A stretch of 64,000 bases of DNA from Eledone cirrhosa (lineage: Eukaryota), in contig OZ024743.1 of assembly GCA_964016885.1 (NCBI GenBank), forward strand, positions 263,314,001 to 263,378,000. The letters run 5' to 3'. The position numbers and the translations under genes are program-made. Positions 50,790 through 64,000 of this stretch are shown one piece after another (within the stretch, counting starts at the first letter, position 1; each line of letters opens with the position of its first letter). Under the pieces are notes generated by a model. That model ran no database searches and was not told the DNA's origin. It saw nothing but the letters and a program-made list of their open reading frames with translations.

Positions 50790-51435
50790 ATGTCCGTGCA
50801 TTACTGACTTGTGGAGTTATGTCGAACAGCTACTGTCGCGTGTGGAACGAATCCGGCTATCGGCCGAGTCCATAGTGAAGATCGACCCGCCGCCTTCCTT
50901 AGGTCAGGAAGAGCAGGATATTTTCCTCTGTCTGGTGGCAGTTGCGAAAGAGGTTATATGGTGGACCAGGTTAAAAGGACTGAAGACAGACACTTTTCTC
51001 TTCGGCCAATCCCTCATCAACTTCTTCAAGTTTCACCTGAAAAGGAAGGTGAGGGTGGAGAGAGAAGTGCTGCCCCACAGTACATTTGCTAAAAGGTGAA
51101 TGAATGTGGAGAGAATGGCTCGTGTGAATGGGCCTTCTCTGACCATGCGCCTATAGGCTAGCTAACTTGAGGAGAGGGGTGCTCTCCCTGGGTGCCCTAG
51201 AAGCGCAGGGTGGTTCAGGATTGGTGGGGTACCCGAGTCACCCCAGGGTCGTCCACCCCCTATCGGGGAATTTATTTTGTTATATTTATGCATAGTTTAT
51301 TTTATATTTTTATATCTTCATTGTTAAATTAGTCTTGCCATTGTGCACTTTTACTCGACATTATTGTAAACCCCCACTGCCCCTATCTTTGTATTGTCCC
51401 CTACATGTCGGCCCTTGTGGCTAATAAATGAAATC

Positions 51436-51436
<1 letters not shown>
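50790..51436 (+). mobile_element. 3' fragment of a related Tx1 family
   Basis: WSYVEQLLSRV..KEVIWWTRLKGL; ends gtggctaataaatgaaa followed by (TA)n. Confidence 0.88.
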
Positions 51437-51506
<70 letters not shown>

Positions 51507-51649
51507 ATACTTGGGGAGGGTCATATTTGTGTAATACTGCCAGAATTAATAACAGAACACACTCACTGTTTGGTTGGTTTTCGCTTTTCGCTTCTGTGTC
51601 TTTTATATCGGTAATCTAATTTATTCGGTCCTAATTCATCGCCGTTATA

Positions 51650-51832
51650 TTGGATTGGCAGTATTGGTAGAGGGTCGGACACCATGCTTTGACGCATAGA
51701 GTTACGGCCCTTGCCATTCTGAGTTCAAATCCCGCCGAGGTTAACTTTGCCTTTCATCCTTACGAGGTCGATAAAATAAAGTACCAGTAATGCACTGGGT
51801 AATTGCTGGCCTTGTGCCTAACGTAGAAACAG

Positions 51833-51835
<3 letters not shown>
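51650..51835 (+). mobile_element. tRNA-derived SINE (major family)
   Basis: Full-unit match. Confidence 0.88.
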
Positions 51836-51866
<31 letters not shown>

Positions 51867-51984
51867 CTTTAAGAGTGAGTCATTGAGCAATATGCATTTT
51901 TGTGGGGGTCCGGGGGCGGCAAACTGAAGAGCTGCCCCGGGCGGCACAGACTCTAGCTACTCCAAGATTGTTGCCGGCTTGCTT

Positions 51985-52096
51985 ATTCGTTATTCAAGAC
52001 ATCGTTCGTCAATCGAGACGTTTCATGTTCGGAAAAATTGTTCATGAACCGATTTGTTCGTGATGAGAGGCGTTTGTGAACCGAGGTTCCACTGTA
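51985..52096. mobile_element. Tigger/pogo-type terminal fragment
   Basis: Ends cgaggttccactg|ta (CAGTGGAACCTCG TIR plus TA). Confidence 0.55.
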
Positions 52097-53167
52097 TTCT
52101 ATTTTTTAAAGATGTTAAGGTACGAATTGAGTGAGATTTGGCTGCTGTTTTAACAGATCAGGTGACATTGTTAGAGGCTCTCCCGTTTGCTGAGTGATGT
52201 TGACATTTAACCCTAGACCAGGCATGATCCAGCAGATCCATAACCAACGGTATTTCCTCCGTGACCATCCAGTTTTTTTTCCTATGTACAACGCAAGAAA
52301 TACAGAACCTTATCATTAGGTAGATTTGGCTATTATTATTATTAACATTTAACTTTGCCTTTCATCTTTACTGGGTCGATAAAATAAAGTACCAGTAATG
52401 CACTGGTTGATTGCTGGCCTTGTGCCTAAAGTAGAAACAATTATTAACATATCAAACAGCTTTGTAGAGGCCCCCTCGCTCGTTGGTAGTAACGTTGCTG
52501 TTATTAGGGCTGGCAGTTAATATTCAACTGATAAAGCTAATAATTGAAGAGAATTAAATGTACCGATTGACCTCGGTACCAGTAAAGCAACACTCCTGTA
52601 CCAACGTGACCAGCAACCATCACCATCGCCACTGCCGCTACCGGCATTGCCACCACCATCACCGCCGCCACCGATCCTGTCAATGCCACCACCACCACCC
52701 CCACTACCCCACCGACACCAACACCCCAACCCCTACTACCATCACCGCCGCCACCACCACTCCCGCTCCCGCCATCACCACCACTGCCACGCCGCCACCT
52801 CCACCACCTCCACCACTGTACTTCTGAACATTTGTACAAATGCGGTTAATAGATTCCAAATAGAGATAACAGTCGTATCCGGCACCATTTAACTGTAGAC
52901 CAATATATATGTCACTATTTAAAGGATGGTGTCGAAAGTACTGGCAATAATAACGCATAATTCGGCCTAGATTACATTTTATAGCTAGGTGTTGTTGTTG
53001 TTGTTATTTACCATCCGGGATGCTATGGTATCTTTCGGTACTGATTGCAGGGAGTAACATACCATGTGTAGGTGGTAAAATATTATAAAAGTACGCAGGG
53101 ATTTGAAGAAGGCGATGGATTGGCATAATTCTTTTAATCATCGAAAGAAAAGCTTTTACATTCATTA

Positions 53168-53795
53168 GGCGGCAAAGTGGTGGAACTGTTAGAACGTCAG
53201 ACAGAATCATTAATAGTATTTGTTCCAGCTTTCTCCTCGTTTGCCTTTCATTCTTTCGAAATCGATAAATAAAAGTACCAGGCCAGTACAAGGGTCAATC
53301 ATTTCTATATATCTATTCCTCCCTCTCTTTCTGAAAGAAATCAACTGTGATGCTACATGGAGAGCGGTGGCAGAATTGTTAAATCTCTTACGGCTTCGTT
53401 AGTTATGAGCCTATAGTGTGGTATGTTTACATTCTAAGTTCAAATTTTACCAAGGTCAACTTTACTTTTCATCCTTCTTGGGTCGATAAAATAAGTCACC
53501 TGTCAGATTCTCCAAACGATTTATTCGATTGTACTTTCTTCACCTCCAATTTTTGACTTTGTGCCTTATGTTAGAAATCAAAGTTATCAATTGACAGAGT
53601 TGATAGAGCGTCCTGTAAAATGCCATTGCGGTATATGTTCTGGATATTTACGTTCTGCGTTCAAATCCCGCTGACGTCAACTTTGCTTTTTATCTTTCTA
53701 GAGTCAATAAATTATGGTACCAGTCAGTACTCAGCTTGATTTAACCAACTTGGCCTTTCCCCTGAATTTACTAGCCTTGTGCCTAAATTAAAAAT
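53168..53795 (+). mobile_element. Three old SINE copies of the major superfamily
   Basis: gttcaaat..gtcaactttgc.tttcatc...gtcgataaa..cttgtgccta repeated with heavy divergence. Confidence 0.65.
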
Positions 53796-54267
53796 CAACA
53801 TTATTAAATATACAAGAATTAGCAAAGGGTTACACATTTTTAGAATCGTTAGTGCTTTGGACACAATGCTTTTTGGTATTTACTTACGTTTTGAATAAAA
53901 TCTTATAAACCTCAATTTTATGTTTCATCCTTCAGTAGTCGACAGTACATTTAAAGAACAATTTATTCCCACCTAACTCAATAGTTTAGAGTTAGTGTCG
54001 AGTTGGCTTTTGCTAATCAGCTCTTTAGCATATTTCTTTGGGTAAGGTCCAGGAAGTATCTGTACTGCAACAACAACAAGAATAGCAGCAGCAGCCGCAC
54101 CATATTAGATTTAAGAACAATATTCTAATGTAAGTTGTTCTTCAGCTTTGTAGAGAATCAGCACTCAATCCACCTCAATATTCAGCCATTTAACTATATT
54201 AGAAAACATGCTATCTATTTGACAGATGAGAATATTGGCGGGGGGGGGGGGTAAGAAGCAAAGAAAC

Positions 54268-54268
54268 G

Positions 54269-54299
<31 letters not shown>

Positions 54300-54301
54300 C
54301 C

Positions 54302-54383
<82 letters not shown>

Positions 54384-54406
54384 CCACCATCATCGTCATC
54401 ATCATT
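54268..54406. repeat. (CAT)n
   Basis: Direct reading; the poly-His/Met/Asp ORFs here are artefacts. Confidence 0.95.
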
Positions 54407-54407
54407 A

Positions 54408-54670
54408 TTTCCAGATTTCACTTGAAAGGGAAAATCGGGGTGGAGAAGGAAGTGCAGCCTTCCAACCAGTTTGTTGAAAGGTGGGTGAGAGTGGCGAGCA
54501 CGGCCCGTGTGAGCATACGCCTTGAGTATACGCCTGTAGATTGGAGTAGAAAAACTGGGAGAGGGCACTTTGCCCTAGCGGACAGGGTGATCGTGGCTTT
54601 TGTTGGATTTCTGCATGAGTAACTCTTAGAGATTCCTCACCTTTGGGGATTTTGTTACATTTGTTTTAAA
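54408..54670 (+). mobile_element. Short 3' fragment of a Tx1 relative
   Basis: FRFHLKGKIGVEKEVQPSNQFVERWVRVASTARV. Confidence 0.75.
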
Positions 54671-54689
54671 TGTGGGCCAACTTAACCGT

Positions 54690-56262
54690 CCCAGCCGAGG
54701 CCATAGAAGCGGTGGAGAGAAGAACGGTGATTTTTAGATGCATTTCAGTGCAGACTCACAAAGCGGAGATCACTCTGCAAGCCGAAGTTGAAGCTGTGCT
54801 GAAATGCATCAGAGAAGACGAGTACATATCAAGGGGCAGACAATAAGGTAACATTTTGGTGCTGTTTAAATTAGAAGCTCTCGCTGTTAAACACTCGGGG
54901 ACCTCTTGCAAAACCAGCAAGGTCATTATATACCCCTTCCATATGGGAAGAAGAACAATAAGAGTCCGCATTCCCAGGATTCCACCAGGACTAGACTAGT
55001 AGTGGCTCCTGAGATGCGCGATTGTGGAGGGGACAGATGTCGTTCCGACCGAGGCGACCAGAACAGCCAGAGAGGACTGGTCGGAGGTTGACTTGGAGAT
55101 ATTTCTTCAAATCAGGCCTGATGACTTTAGAAAAATCCCAGACCACATCCGTTTACAAAACCTGATGGCATGGAGGTAATGACTGAGGGCTGAAGGCTGC
55201 ACTGTTTCGTTTGCGGAGATACAACGCATTTGTGAGACTTCTGCCCTCAGGCAAAAAAATGCAAGTTGCCAACGCCAGGCCGGGGACCAACATCAACACC
55301 AGCACCAGCAACACCAGCAGCAACACCAACGGAAACACCACCACCAACATTATCCCCCAGGGGAAAGATAAGGAAAACTCTTCCATTTCTCATTCCCACC
55401 AAAATACATACATTGACATAAATACAAACACAAGCACACACAGACCCAGACGTACTGCCAGACACAGACCCCCTCATCTCCCAGTAGCGAAGCCGAGGCA
55501 AAACCCAAATCCAAAAACAATAGAGGAAGCACAAGAAAAACATCTTCACACATCACACACACAACAGATAATGCAGGTACTACACACACACAACAAACAG
55601 AAACACTTCCACACTACCACCACTATCACCACTTCCACACTGCCATCACTATCCCCCAAACGCAAACAATCACAACAAACACAAGAACAAAACAAGACAC
55701 ACAACTTGGTGCTAGTAAGAAGGGTCAACAAGAATTTGATGGCCCTGATAGCACGAAAGGCAAGACATAGAAAAGGAGGATGATATATTAGGAACGAGCA
55801 CATTTCACGTTCCCGAAGATTTTCTACTGATACGAATGTCGCTCGACTCCTACAAAAGGATTAGAGAAAGCTTTCCTCATGACGTGGGAACCCCGAATGT
55901 GAAACACACGTCAAGACTTTTAAAGGGGTTCCCAAAGGAAAACCCACCAACTATGGAGGTGAAACCACCCGAACTCCACAAGCCCCCGGGAGGAAAGTAG
56001 GCCTTTCCTCTATTATTCTAACATGGCCATCTTAAGAGTTTGAATGTTCGTAGACTGGAGTCGTCCTGGAAGCAGGATCGTTTGCTGAACGACCCAAGGT
56101 CATTAGATATGACTGTGATTGCCGTCGGTGAAACCAGGATATCAGACACGCGCGAACTAACCCTAATTTTCGACGACTATCATATCCTTGCATCTCTTAG
56201 TCGACCGAGAATGGGAGGTGGGGTGGCATTGTTGTTTAGGAAAGGCCTGGACCCCTATACTA
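54690..56262 (+). pseudogene. Decayed Tx1 ORF1 and start of ORF2
   Basis: QAEVEAVLK..ISRGR..GNILVLFK; ORF1 end MEVKPPELHKPPGGK*; ORF2 LNVRRLESSWKQDRLLND..GGGVALLFRKGL. Confidence 0.72.
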
Positions 56263-57720
56263 GCCTTATCTACTTCTCTACCGAATGCGCTATCTAGATA
56301 CGATCTGGATGATTTGATACAGTTTGACCGCGTCCACATTGGCACATTCAGGAAATACAGTCGGTACCTGTCTGACAGATGGAAATGTTTGAGCAAATTT
56401 GCGAAGCTTTTAGGCCCCTCTCTTTTAAATGCTTGTCCCATACAATCTCAGCATGCGTCTAAGATACTGTTCTAGTAGCTCACTAGCACTAAAGAGCGCG
56501 ACCTTTCTTGAAAGTTCTCCAGGCGCTTGAAGAAATCAAACCTTCCTGCTCCTGTAGAGGCATAAACTGCTACAAGCCTGAAGGCACGTCTCCCACTGCT
56601 GTTCATGTCTACCACCACTAATTTACTTTGTTGGCCCAAGAAAATGGTCCGTACCGTGAGATCCAAGCCTTTCCGAAACAACACAGGGATTCCACCCCCA
56701 GATCCGAGACGGCTTCGAGATGCGTTCACCTCGTAGCCGCCAAAATGTGTGCAAAGGCTCGTGCCTAGTAAATTCTGGTCGAGCTGATGGCCACCACATC
56801 TATGTTCAGTGACCCGAGGTCGTTGAACAAGTGGCTCTGCTTCCAAGACGACTCCAGATCACGTACATTTATACTGCCTATCCCGAGAAAGACTATATTA
56901 GATAAATAATAGGAACAACCAGAAAGCGTTACTTTCTCTGTTCGTGTGGAGAAAGGGATGACGATCCCTCCCCGGCCAGTTGCGGGATTATCCAAAAAGG
57001 TGTCTTAGTATATCTATTTGGATAATACGGCGCGGAAGTCCTCATTTGCATTTAGTTTAGTGTATGTTTGTCATTTGTTTGATCTATATGTAAGTGGGCG
57101 GTGTAATCTTGCTGCTGGTTATGTAGTAGTTTCTGTAATTGTAGTGTTGTGCTTTAAGTTGAACATTAGTTTCTGGTTGCTTGTGTTTATGGCTGCGTAA
57201 TGTGTGAAGTTTGTGTTATTTTGTTGGGTTTGCGTTTTCTCTTGTTGCTGTTGTTACGGGTTCTTGTTGGGGATATTGTTGTTAGTACCTGTGGTGTTTG
57301 TTGTGGTGTTGACTGTGGTAAGGATGGTGATGGTGAGGATTTTGTTGGTGTTTGCATTTATTGCCTCACATCTTTAGCTTTTTTCCCCACCTTCCTTCAT
57401 GCTTTTTGAGGGTGGTTTTTCTTTATTTTTGTTCCTGTGGCAGACGACTTGCCACTCCTTACTCTCGTCGCAATACATGTCCATCTGTGTGACGCCCGGG
57501 AGGGAATGTTTTCTGTAGGCACTGGTGGTGTTGTTGCTGATGGTAATGTTTCAGATGCTGCTGTTGGTTTTGTAGTTGTCTCAGCTACTTTTATTGTTGC
57601 TGTTGCAGCTACTATTCCTGTTGGATTTACATCTGCTGGTGTTGTAGTTGCTGTTATTGTTGGTGTTCCTGCTGCCAATGTTGTTGTTGATGCTACTACA
57701 GGTGTAGCATACTGTCGTTG
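56263..57720 (-). pseudogene. Decayed Tx1 ORF1 tail and APE domain on the opposite strand
   Basis: SINVRDLESSWKQSHLFND, AFRLVAVYA, LSDRYRL..PMWTRSN..SRSYLD. Confidence 0.75.
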
Positions 57721-57959
57721 TTGGTTCTAGCGGTAGCCTTTGGCTTCCTATAATTTGTTGGCAGAAAGCTTTTAGGTGGATTGTAACCCCGCACAGATGC
57801 CCTTTTAACTTTTTGCGTTGATATTTATTCGTTGGGTCGCTGTATTCAGTACAAGATTGTTCTAATTCATCTGGCTTCTCCTGAAGCAAAATCTCCAAGT
57901 TATGATGAAAGGAGAAGTCGGCGATGACAACGATAGAGATGGTGGTAATGATAGTGATG

Positions 57960-58385
57960 GAATATGATGATGGTGATGATGATGATGATGATGATGATGA
58001 TGGTAATGTTGGAAGAAGTAGATGATGATGAGGATGATGGTAAAGAAGGAGATGATGATGATTGTGATGATGTTGATGGTAATGTAACATGTATAAGAAG
58101 ATGATGGTGATGATGATGATGATGATGAGGAGGATGATGATGATGATGATGGAAGAAGGAGATGATGATGGTAATGATGAGTGTGATACTGGTGGGGATG
58201 GTAGAATTAAAAGATTATGAGTGTAATTATGATGATGATGATGATGATGATTATGATGATGATTATGGAGGAAGTAGGTGATGATGAGGGTGGCGATGAT
58301 AGAAGTAGAAGGTGTGGATGGTGATGACGGTGGCAGAAGTAGACGATGATAATAGAAGTAGGAGATGATGGTGATGATGATGATG
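57960..58385. repeat. Degenerate (GAT)n
   Basis: Direct reading. Confidence 0.9.
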
Positions 58386-59181
58386 GCTTAAGGAGAAGAT
58401 GAGAACGAAGAAGATGAAAATAAAAATAAAAAGAATTAAAGTAAAAAGTAAAAAAAAAAAAAATCAACCATAGACGATAAAAGGAATGAGTGAACAAGGA
58501 AGAAGATAATGCTGAAAGTCTTAAGAAATAAGGAAAGAAAGAAGGGAAATAAAAAGAGAGAATGAGGGGAAAGGAGAGAATGAGAGGAAAAAGAAACAAA
58601 AATATAAGATCAAAGACGAAAGAGATAAGAAAAAATAAAGAACAAAACAAACAAACAAAAAAAGCAGCTAAAAGTACTGAATGTAGAAAAAAGGAGAAGA
58701 TGGGGGGGGGGGGGGGGGGCGTAGACAGATAAGACAGAAGAGAAAGACAAAAGATAGAATATAGGAGAAAACAAGAAAAAGCCAGAAGACAAGAGAGAAA
58801 TTTCATTGAGAATATTCTAGATGAGTGAGTGAGAGAGAGAGGGTGGGGAGGGAGAGGGCGAGTTTTAGAGTGAGAGGAGGAGGGAGAGTAAGAAGGAACA
58901 AGAGAGGGGGAGGGAGAGCAGGAAAGAGAGAGACAGAGAGTGTGAGGGAAAAATATATATAGAGAGAAAGGGAGGGAGTGAATGACGGAGAGAGAGAGGG
59001 GGAGAAAGAAAGAGAGAAAGAAAGACAGAGAGGGAGAGAGAGGGGGAGATTTAGAGAGAGAGGAGGAGGGAGAGTAGGAAAGAACAAGAGAGGGGGGTGG
59101 GAGAGCAGGAAGGAGAGAGAGAGAGAGAGAGAGAGAGTGTGAGGGAAAAATATATAGAGAGAGAAAGGGAGGGAGTGAATG

Positions 59182-59219
<38 letters not shown>

Positions 59220-59238
59220 TAAGAGAGAAAGATGTATA

Positions 59239-59306
<68 letters not shown>

Positions 59307-59345
59307 ATTATATATACATACATATATATATATATATATACATAC

Positions 59346-59410
<65 letters not shown>

Positions 59411-59578
59411 CAGAAACAGAGAGAGAAAGAGAGAGAGAGAGAGTGTGTGTGGGTGAAAGAAAGAGAGAAACAGAATGATAGAGAGATTGATAGATAAAGC
59501 GAGAGGGGAGATGTTATTGACCTATACACTATATCAGTTTGGTCTTGATCTTTTGTATAGAAACACCTTTCGAGCGAG

Positions 59579-59676
59579 TGTATGTATGTATGTATGTATG
59601 TATGTATGTATGTATGTATGTATGTATGTATGTATGTATGTATGTATGTATGTATGTATGTATGTATGTATGTATG
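59579..59676. repeat. (TATG)n
   Basis: Direct reading. Confidence 0.95.
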
Positions 59677-59961
59677 TGAATGAGTGAGTGAGTGAGTGTG
59701 TGTGTGTGTGGTAGATTGGTTATGGCGGTATAGTTGTATGAGGTGGGAATAATTGCCAACTGCCAAAATAATATTAATCGGAACAAAAATGACGATAAGA
59801 ACATTTGGTTCCCGAGTAAAAGCAGTTGGCTAGCTAGCAGAGTTCTATCTCTCTTTGGCTGTGTGAATATGTACGAATATGTTTCTATGAGTAATTATGT
59901 CTGTACCTATGAATCTGTTGATGTGTATCCTCATATACATATACAAGTTGTATGAGTCTGT

Positions 59962-60082
59962 GTATGTGTGGATAGCCGTATGTGTTGATAGCCGTATGTG
60001 TGGATAGCCGTATGTGTGGGTAGCCGTATGTGTGGGTAGCCGTATGTGTGGGTAGCCGTATGTGTGGGTAGCCGTATGTGTG
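59962..60082. repeat. 16-bp minisatellite (gtatgtgtgggtagcc) x~7
   Basis: Direct reading. Confidence 0.9.
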
Positions 60083-60536
60083 TGTGATTGAGGCGTCAGA
60101 GAGTTAGATGTTTGTTATGAGTCGGTCTGTGTATATGTGAATATTTGTGAGTGGATGTGTACATGTTTACTTCTATAAATGTATGTATATGCACACCTCT
60201 GCGTATATGTATGTCTGTGAATGGTACACTTTGCCTTTCATTCTTTCGGGTTCGATAAAGAAAGTATCAGTCCGGGACTGGTGCAGATCTCTCTCCTTGC
60301 AGCTGTCATATTCTGGATGTTCCTCTAAATCAACGGATGTAGGGCTGAAATGGTGTGTCAGTCTGCTCTCCGTTGCATTCGCACCAAAACCCATTAGCCC
60401 AAGCGTGATGTATACTGCCGAATCATACTCTATTACGAGTTACAGATGTTGTTCTTAGTTTGTATATATATATATTTGCGTCTTTTACCTGCGTATATAT
60501 GTATATCTGAATTGAGGTGTATGCTTATATGTGTAT

Positions 60537-60631
<95 letters not shown>

Positions 60632-60761
60632 TGTGTGTGTGTGTGTGTGTATGTAAGCATGCGCGTGCATCTTCGCATGTTTGTGATGGTTGTGTATTGC
60701 ATGTGATGAAATATTCTTAAAATATAGCTTGTCGCACTGAAAGAGTTGACTACCTATTCTG

Positions 60762-60980
60762 TGAGGTACCTATACTTTGGGGGTACCTATACACTGAGCT
60801 TCGTATACTGTTAGGTACCCCTACTGTAGTGTAGCTATACTGTGCTGTTCCTATACTGTACTGCACCTATACTGTAGTGTACCTATACTTTAAGGTACCT
60901 ACACTGTGGTGTACCCTAATGTAGTGTACCTATACTGTACTGTACCTATACTGCAATGTTCCTATACTTTAAAGTACCCA
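60762..60980. repeat. Degenerate ~16-bp minisatellite (gtacctatactgtagt)
   Basis: Direct reading. Confidence 0.85.
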
Positions 60981-61419
60981 GACTGGTCCGTACGCTCTCT
61001 TTTTTACTTTGATTGTGGTAGTTAATTGACATCTCCCCACCATTTTTTTTATTCGAATTTGAGTGAAAAGAAAGTATATGATTGCTGAACAAATGTGATC
61101 CCCAAGGGATTTTTATTCAGAACATAAACAGCCAGAGTAAATACCTCAATGGCATTTTATCCGATGATCTACCGATTCTGGTAATCCATCACTCCGACTG
61201 CAGTGTTAATATTCAACAAGAATTTAGAACATTGGAACCAGATACATAACGGGTGTAACTGTGTGAAGCTGAAAACAGGCATTTTCGGTATATTTATATT
61301 CTACAATGTGTTTACATTAGTTTTCAAAATAATATATCCGAAGGGAAAATTTCTTTACACTTGTAAGTTATCAGAGTTTTGATATGAAAAATTACTTCTG
61401 TATAACCTGTCATCTATTT

Positions 61420-61600
61420 TATAATTGTTTCTACTTTTGGCACAAGGCCAGCAATTACCCAGTACATTACTGGTACTTTATTTTTATCGACCACGTAAGG
61501 ATGAAAGGCAAAGTTAAACTCGGCGGGATTTGAACTCAGGTCGTAAAGGGACGTAATTACGCTGGAAAGCATGTCTGACTCTTTACCGATACTGTCAATT
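61420..61600 (-). mobile_element. tRNA-derived SINE (major family)
   Basis: Unit match. Confidence 0.85.
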
Positions 61601-62601
61601 CTCATAATGTTACCAGTCAATTGGTACTAAACAGAAGCTGTATGAAAAACAAATCCTCTTTTAATCTATTTTGAAACATACAATCAAAATATAAATAGAC
61701 AGATAGGTTTACGAAGAAATTGGGCAAGTTTGAAAAGCAAATAAACGTCAAATTCTTTATTGACATTTCTAGTCAACTGATAATTAGGGGGTGTTGGGTT
61801 GGCCAAGTGCTTTAGTTGTCGCAGCCGTCCGACATACGGCAGATGCCTGGTTCTATTTCCGTAGGTACCCCTTTTTTTCTGCTTCATAGAGTAATCTATT
61901 CGACTTATTCGACTATTTTCACGTTAATATATGCATTGTTGCATTGCTAAGTAAAGAGTTAGATAATCAAAGGATCGCATAGCGATACAGTAGTAAAGTT
62001 GCACAAAAAAAAGAAACGAAACGCGTGGGACGAAAGAAATAAGCCCCCCCCCTCTCTCCCTCTATTTATCTATCAATCATTCTACTCTTCATCGGTGTCA
62101 TCTTTTCGCTCGAGGTAGAGACAAGACTAGGCTAAAGCCTATATGGTTTTTGTGTATGTAATATCGGCTGGAGATGCTCATTACATATAATAAATCTTGA
62201 CAGGTTAGGAGTAATTAGCAGTGGAACTAAGATAACGTAATTCCTAATAGAGGTATATATGAAAGTATATACGATATGTTTAAATATAATAAGCATACAA
62301 GTGTCTTACTATGAATGCTTCATACGCAAAGCAATATAAGCTTCAGGCTATTCTCGTTTCAGTACCGTGTGTGCAAATGTTACTGATGATGGATATAAAT
62401 CCTGAAACAGCTGTCTGGTCTACTCACACGCTACTGAGATAGCTGAGATATAATCACAGTTTTACACGTTCATAGCGGGACTCTTATATGTTTATAATAC
62501 ATAAACCTATTGTATATGTTTTCATATACAACCCTTTTATGAACTACGCTATGTTAGAGCTATTGTTATACACCTCTGTTAAAATATATATAAATATATA
62601 A

Positions 62602-62826
62602 ATAATTGTTTCTACTGTAGGCATAAGGCCAGTAATTTGTAGGGGAGGGGAAAGTCGATTAAATCGACCCCACTGCATTGCTGGTGCTTTATTTCTTTAT
62701 TTTATCTACCCCGCAAGGATGAAAGGCAAACTAACCTCGGCGGGATTTGAATTCAGAACGTAAAGGGCCATAACACTATGCTGCGAAACGTTGTCCGACG
62801 CACTCTCGATACTGTCAATCTACGGC
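62602..62826 (-). mobile_element. tRNA-derived SINE (major family); an older copy lies at 63250-63420
   Basis: Unit match. Confidence 0.85.
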
Positions 62827-64000
62827 TTTTGATATTGTTATAATCACATCGTTTCCGTCTTTTACGTGTTTCACTTAGAAACGCCCTCGGAATTTTGAGG
62901 CAAACCCTTTTTTCAAATCACGAGCACGGCTCAAAATTCCAAAAACGTTATGGTATACGACAGTGACTTGTAGAAATTAGGAATTTATAACAGCTGAAAA
63001 GGTGCGATTATAACAATAAAGATAAAGGATCAAGTCCTAATAATTTAGTGTATGAAGAAGTGTTAAAAAAAACTAAAGATTACATAATTACTTTCAAAAT
63101 ATCGTTGAAAATGTGAGAAATGGAAAATTCCGATGCCTGTGAAATGCAATAGCAAACATGAGGGAAAAACATCGGGTGGAACTTCATCAAATGGGAAAAA
63201 ATTTAGAATCGTTTCAAACTTAGTGCACGACTAGACATTTGTGAGGATAGGTCAGTCGATTAAATCTACTCTAGTACTTGATCTGTACTTTATTTTATCG
63301 ACCTCTGAAGAGTGAAAAACAGAGTTGACTTCCTTTGAATTTGAACACAGAGCGTAAGAGCCGAAACAAATACCCTTGGTATTTTGTTCGATGTTGTAAC
63401 GATTCTACTAATCTACCACTTACAGTGTCAACACATTGAACCATCACTTGCAAGAAAGATCTGACTTCTCCATAGAAACAGGTTCACACATTTTTGGGGG
63501 TATAGTTTAATGATATCGACCTCCAGCTGGTAACTGGTACTTGTGTGATTAACCAACCCCATCCTACCACACCTGTAATATGAAAAGCAACGTCAACCAC
63601 GGCGTAATTTGAACTCAGAATACAAAGTGATGTCAATAAACAATGTAGACATTCTTCCCCTTTTCACCCGAGCCTTCCAACGATCACCATCCATTGCATG
63701 TGTGTATTTGTATGCGTGTGTTTGTGTGTATGTGTATGTTTGTTTCAGTGTTTGTGAGCGTGAATGTTTGTGTGCGTGAGTGAGTGAGTGAGTGAGTGAG
63801 TGAATGTGTGTGTGCATGTGTGTGCGTGCGCGCGCATATATTGGTTTGTCTGTGTGGGTGTATGTGTATGCTTGTATGTGCGTATGTGTGTGTGTGTATT
63901 TGTATGTTTGTGTATATGCGCGTGTAGGTTTGTGTTGGCAAATTCTTAACATATTGCTTGATATACTGAAAGAGAAAGATTACAAATATATTCAGTTGTC

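Noticed and set aside
52517-52830. Gly/Pro/His-rich ORFs
   Set aside because: Degenerate (CAC)n low-complexity tract without splice or domain support

Overview
Repeat-saturated, AT-rich eukaryotic (animal) intergenic or intronic DNA. The tRNA-derived SINEs and the extreme (TA)n/(CA)n/(CATA)n load suggest a mollusc such as an octopus; this is an inference. No host gene is firmly identifiable. Contents: (i) a near-intact R4/Dong-type RLE retrotransposon plus several truncated relatives and two short non-coding partner elements, mostly sitting in (CATA)n; (ii) an intact two-ORF Tx1-type L1-clade element and a rearranged sibling in tandem in (ATCT)n, plus older relics; (iii) a Penelope-like element (RT+GIY-YIG) present as a 1825-bp near-perfect palindrome; (iv) about ten hammerhead-ribozyme-like motifs, many with variant cores, several inside small fold-back insertions at (TA)n; (v) Helitron, hAT, Merlin/MULE-like, Tigger, CRE and RTE remnants and more than 20 SINE copies. 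The most striking signals are the fold-back hammerhead mini-elements (one carrying a 33-bp reiteration whose boundary sits at the predicted ribozyme cleavage site) and the partitioning of different microsatellites among different retroelement clades. All folds and alignments were done by eye.
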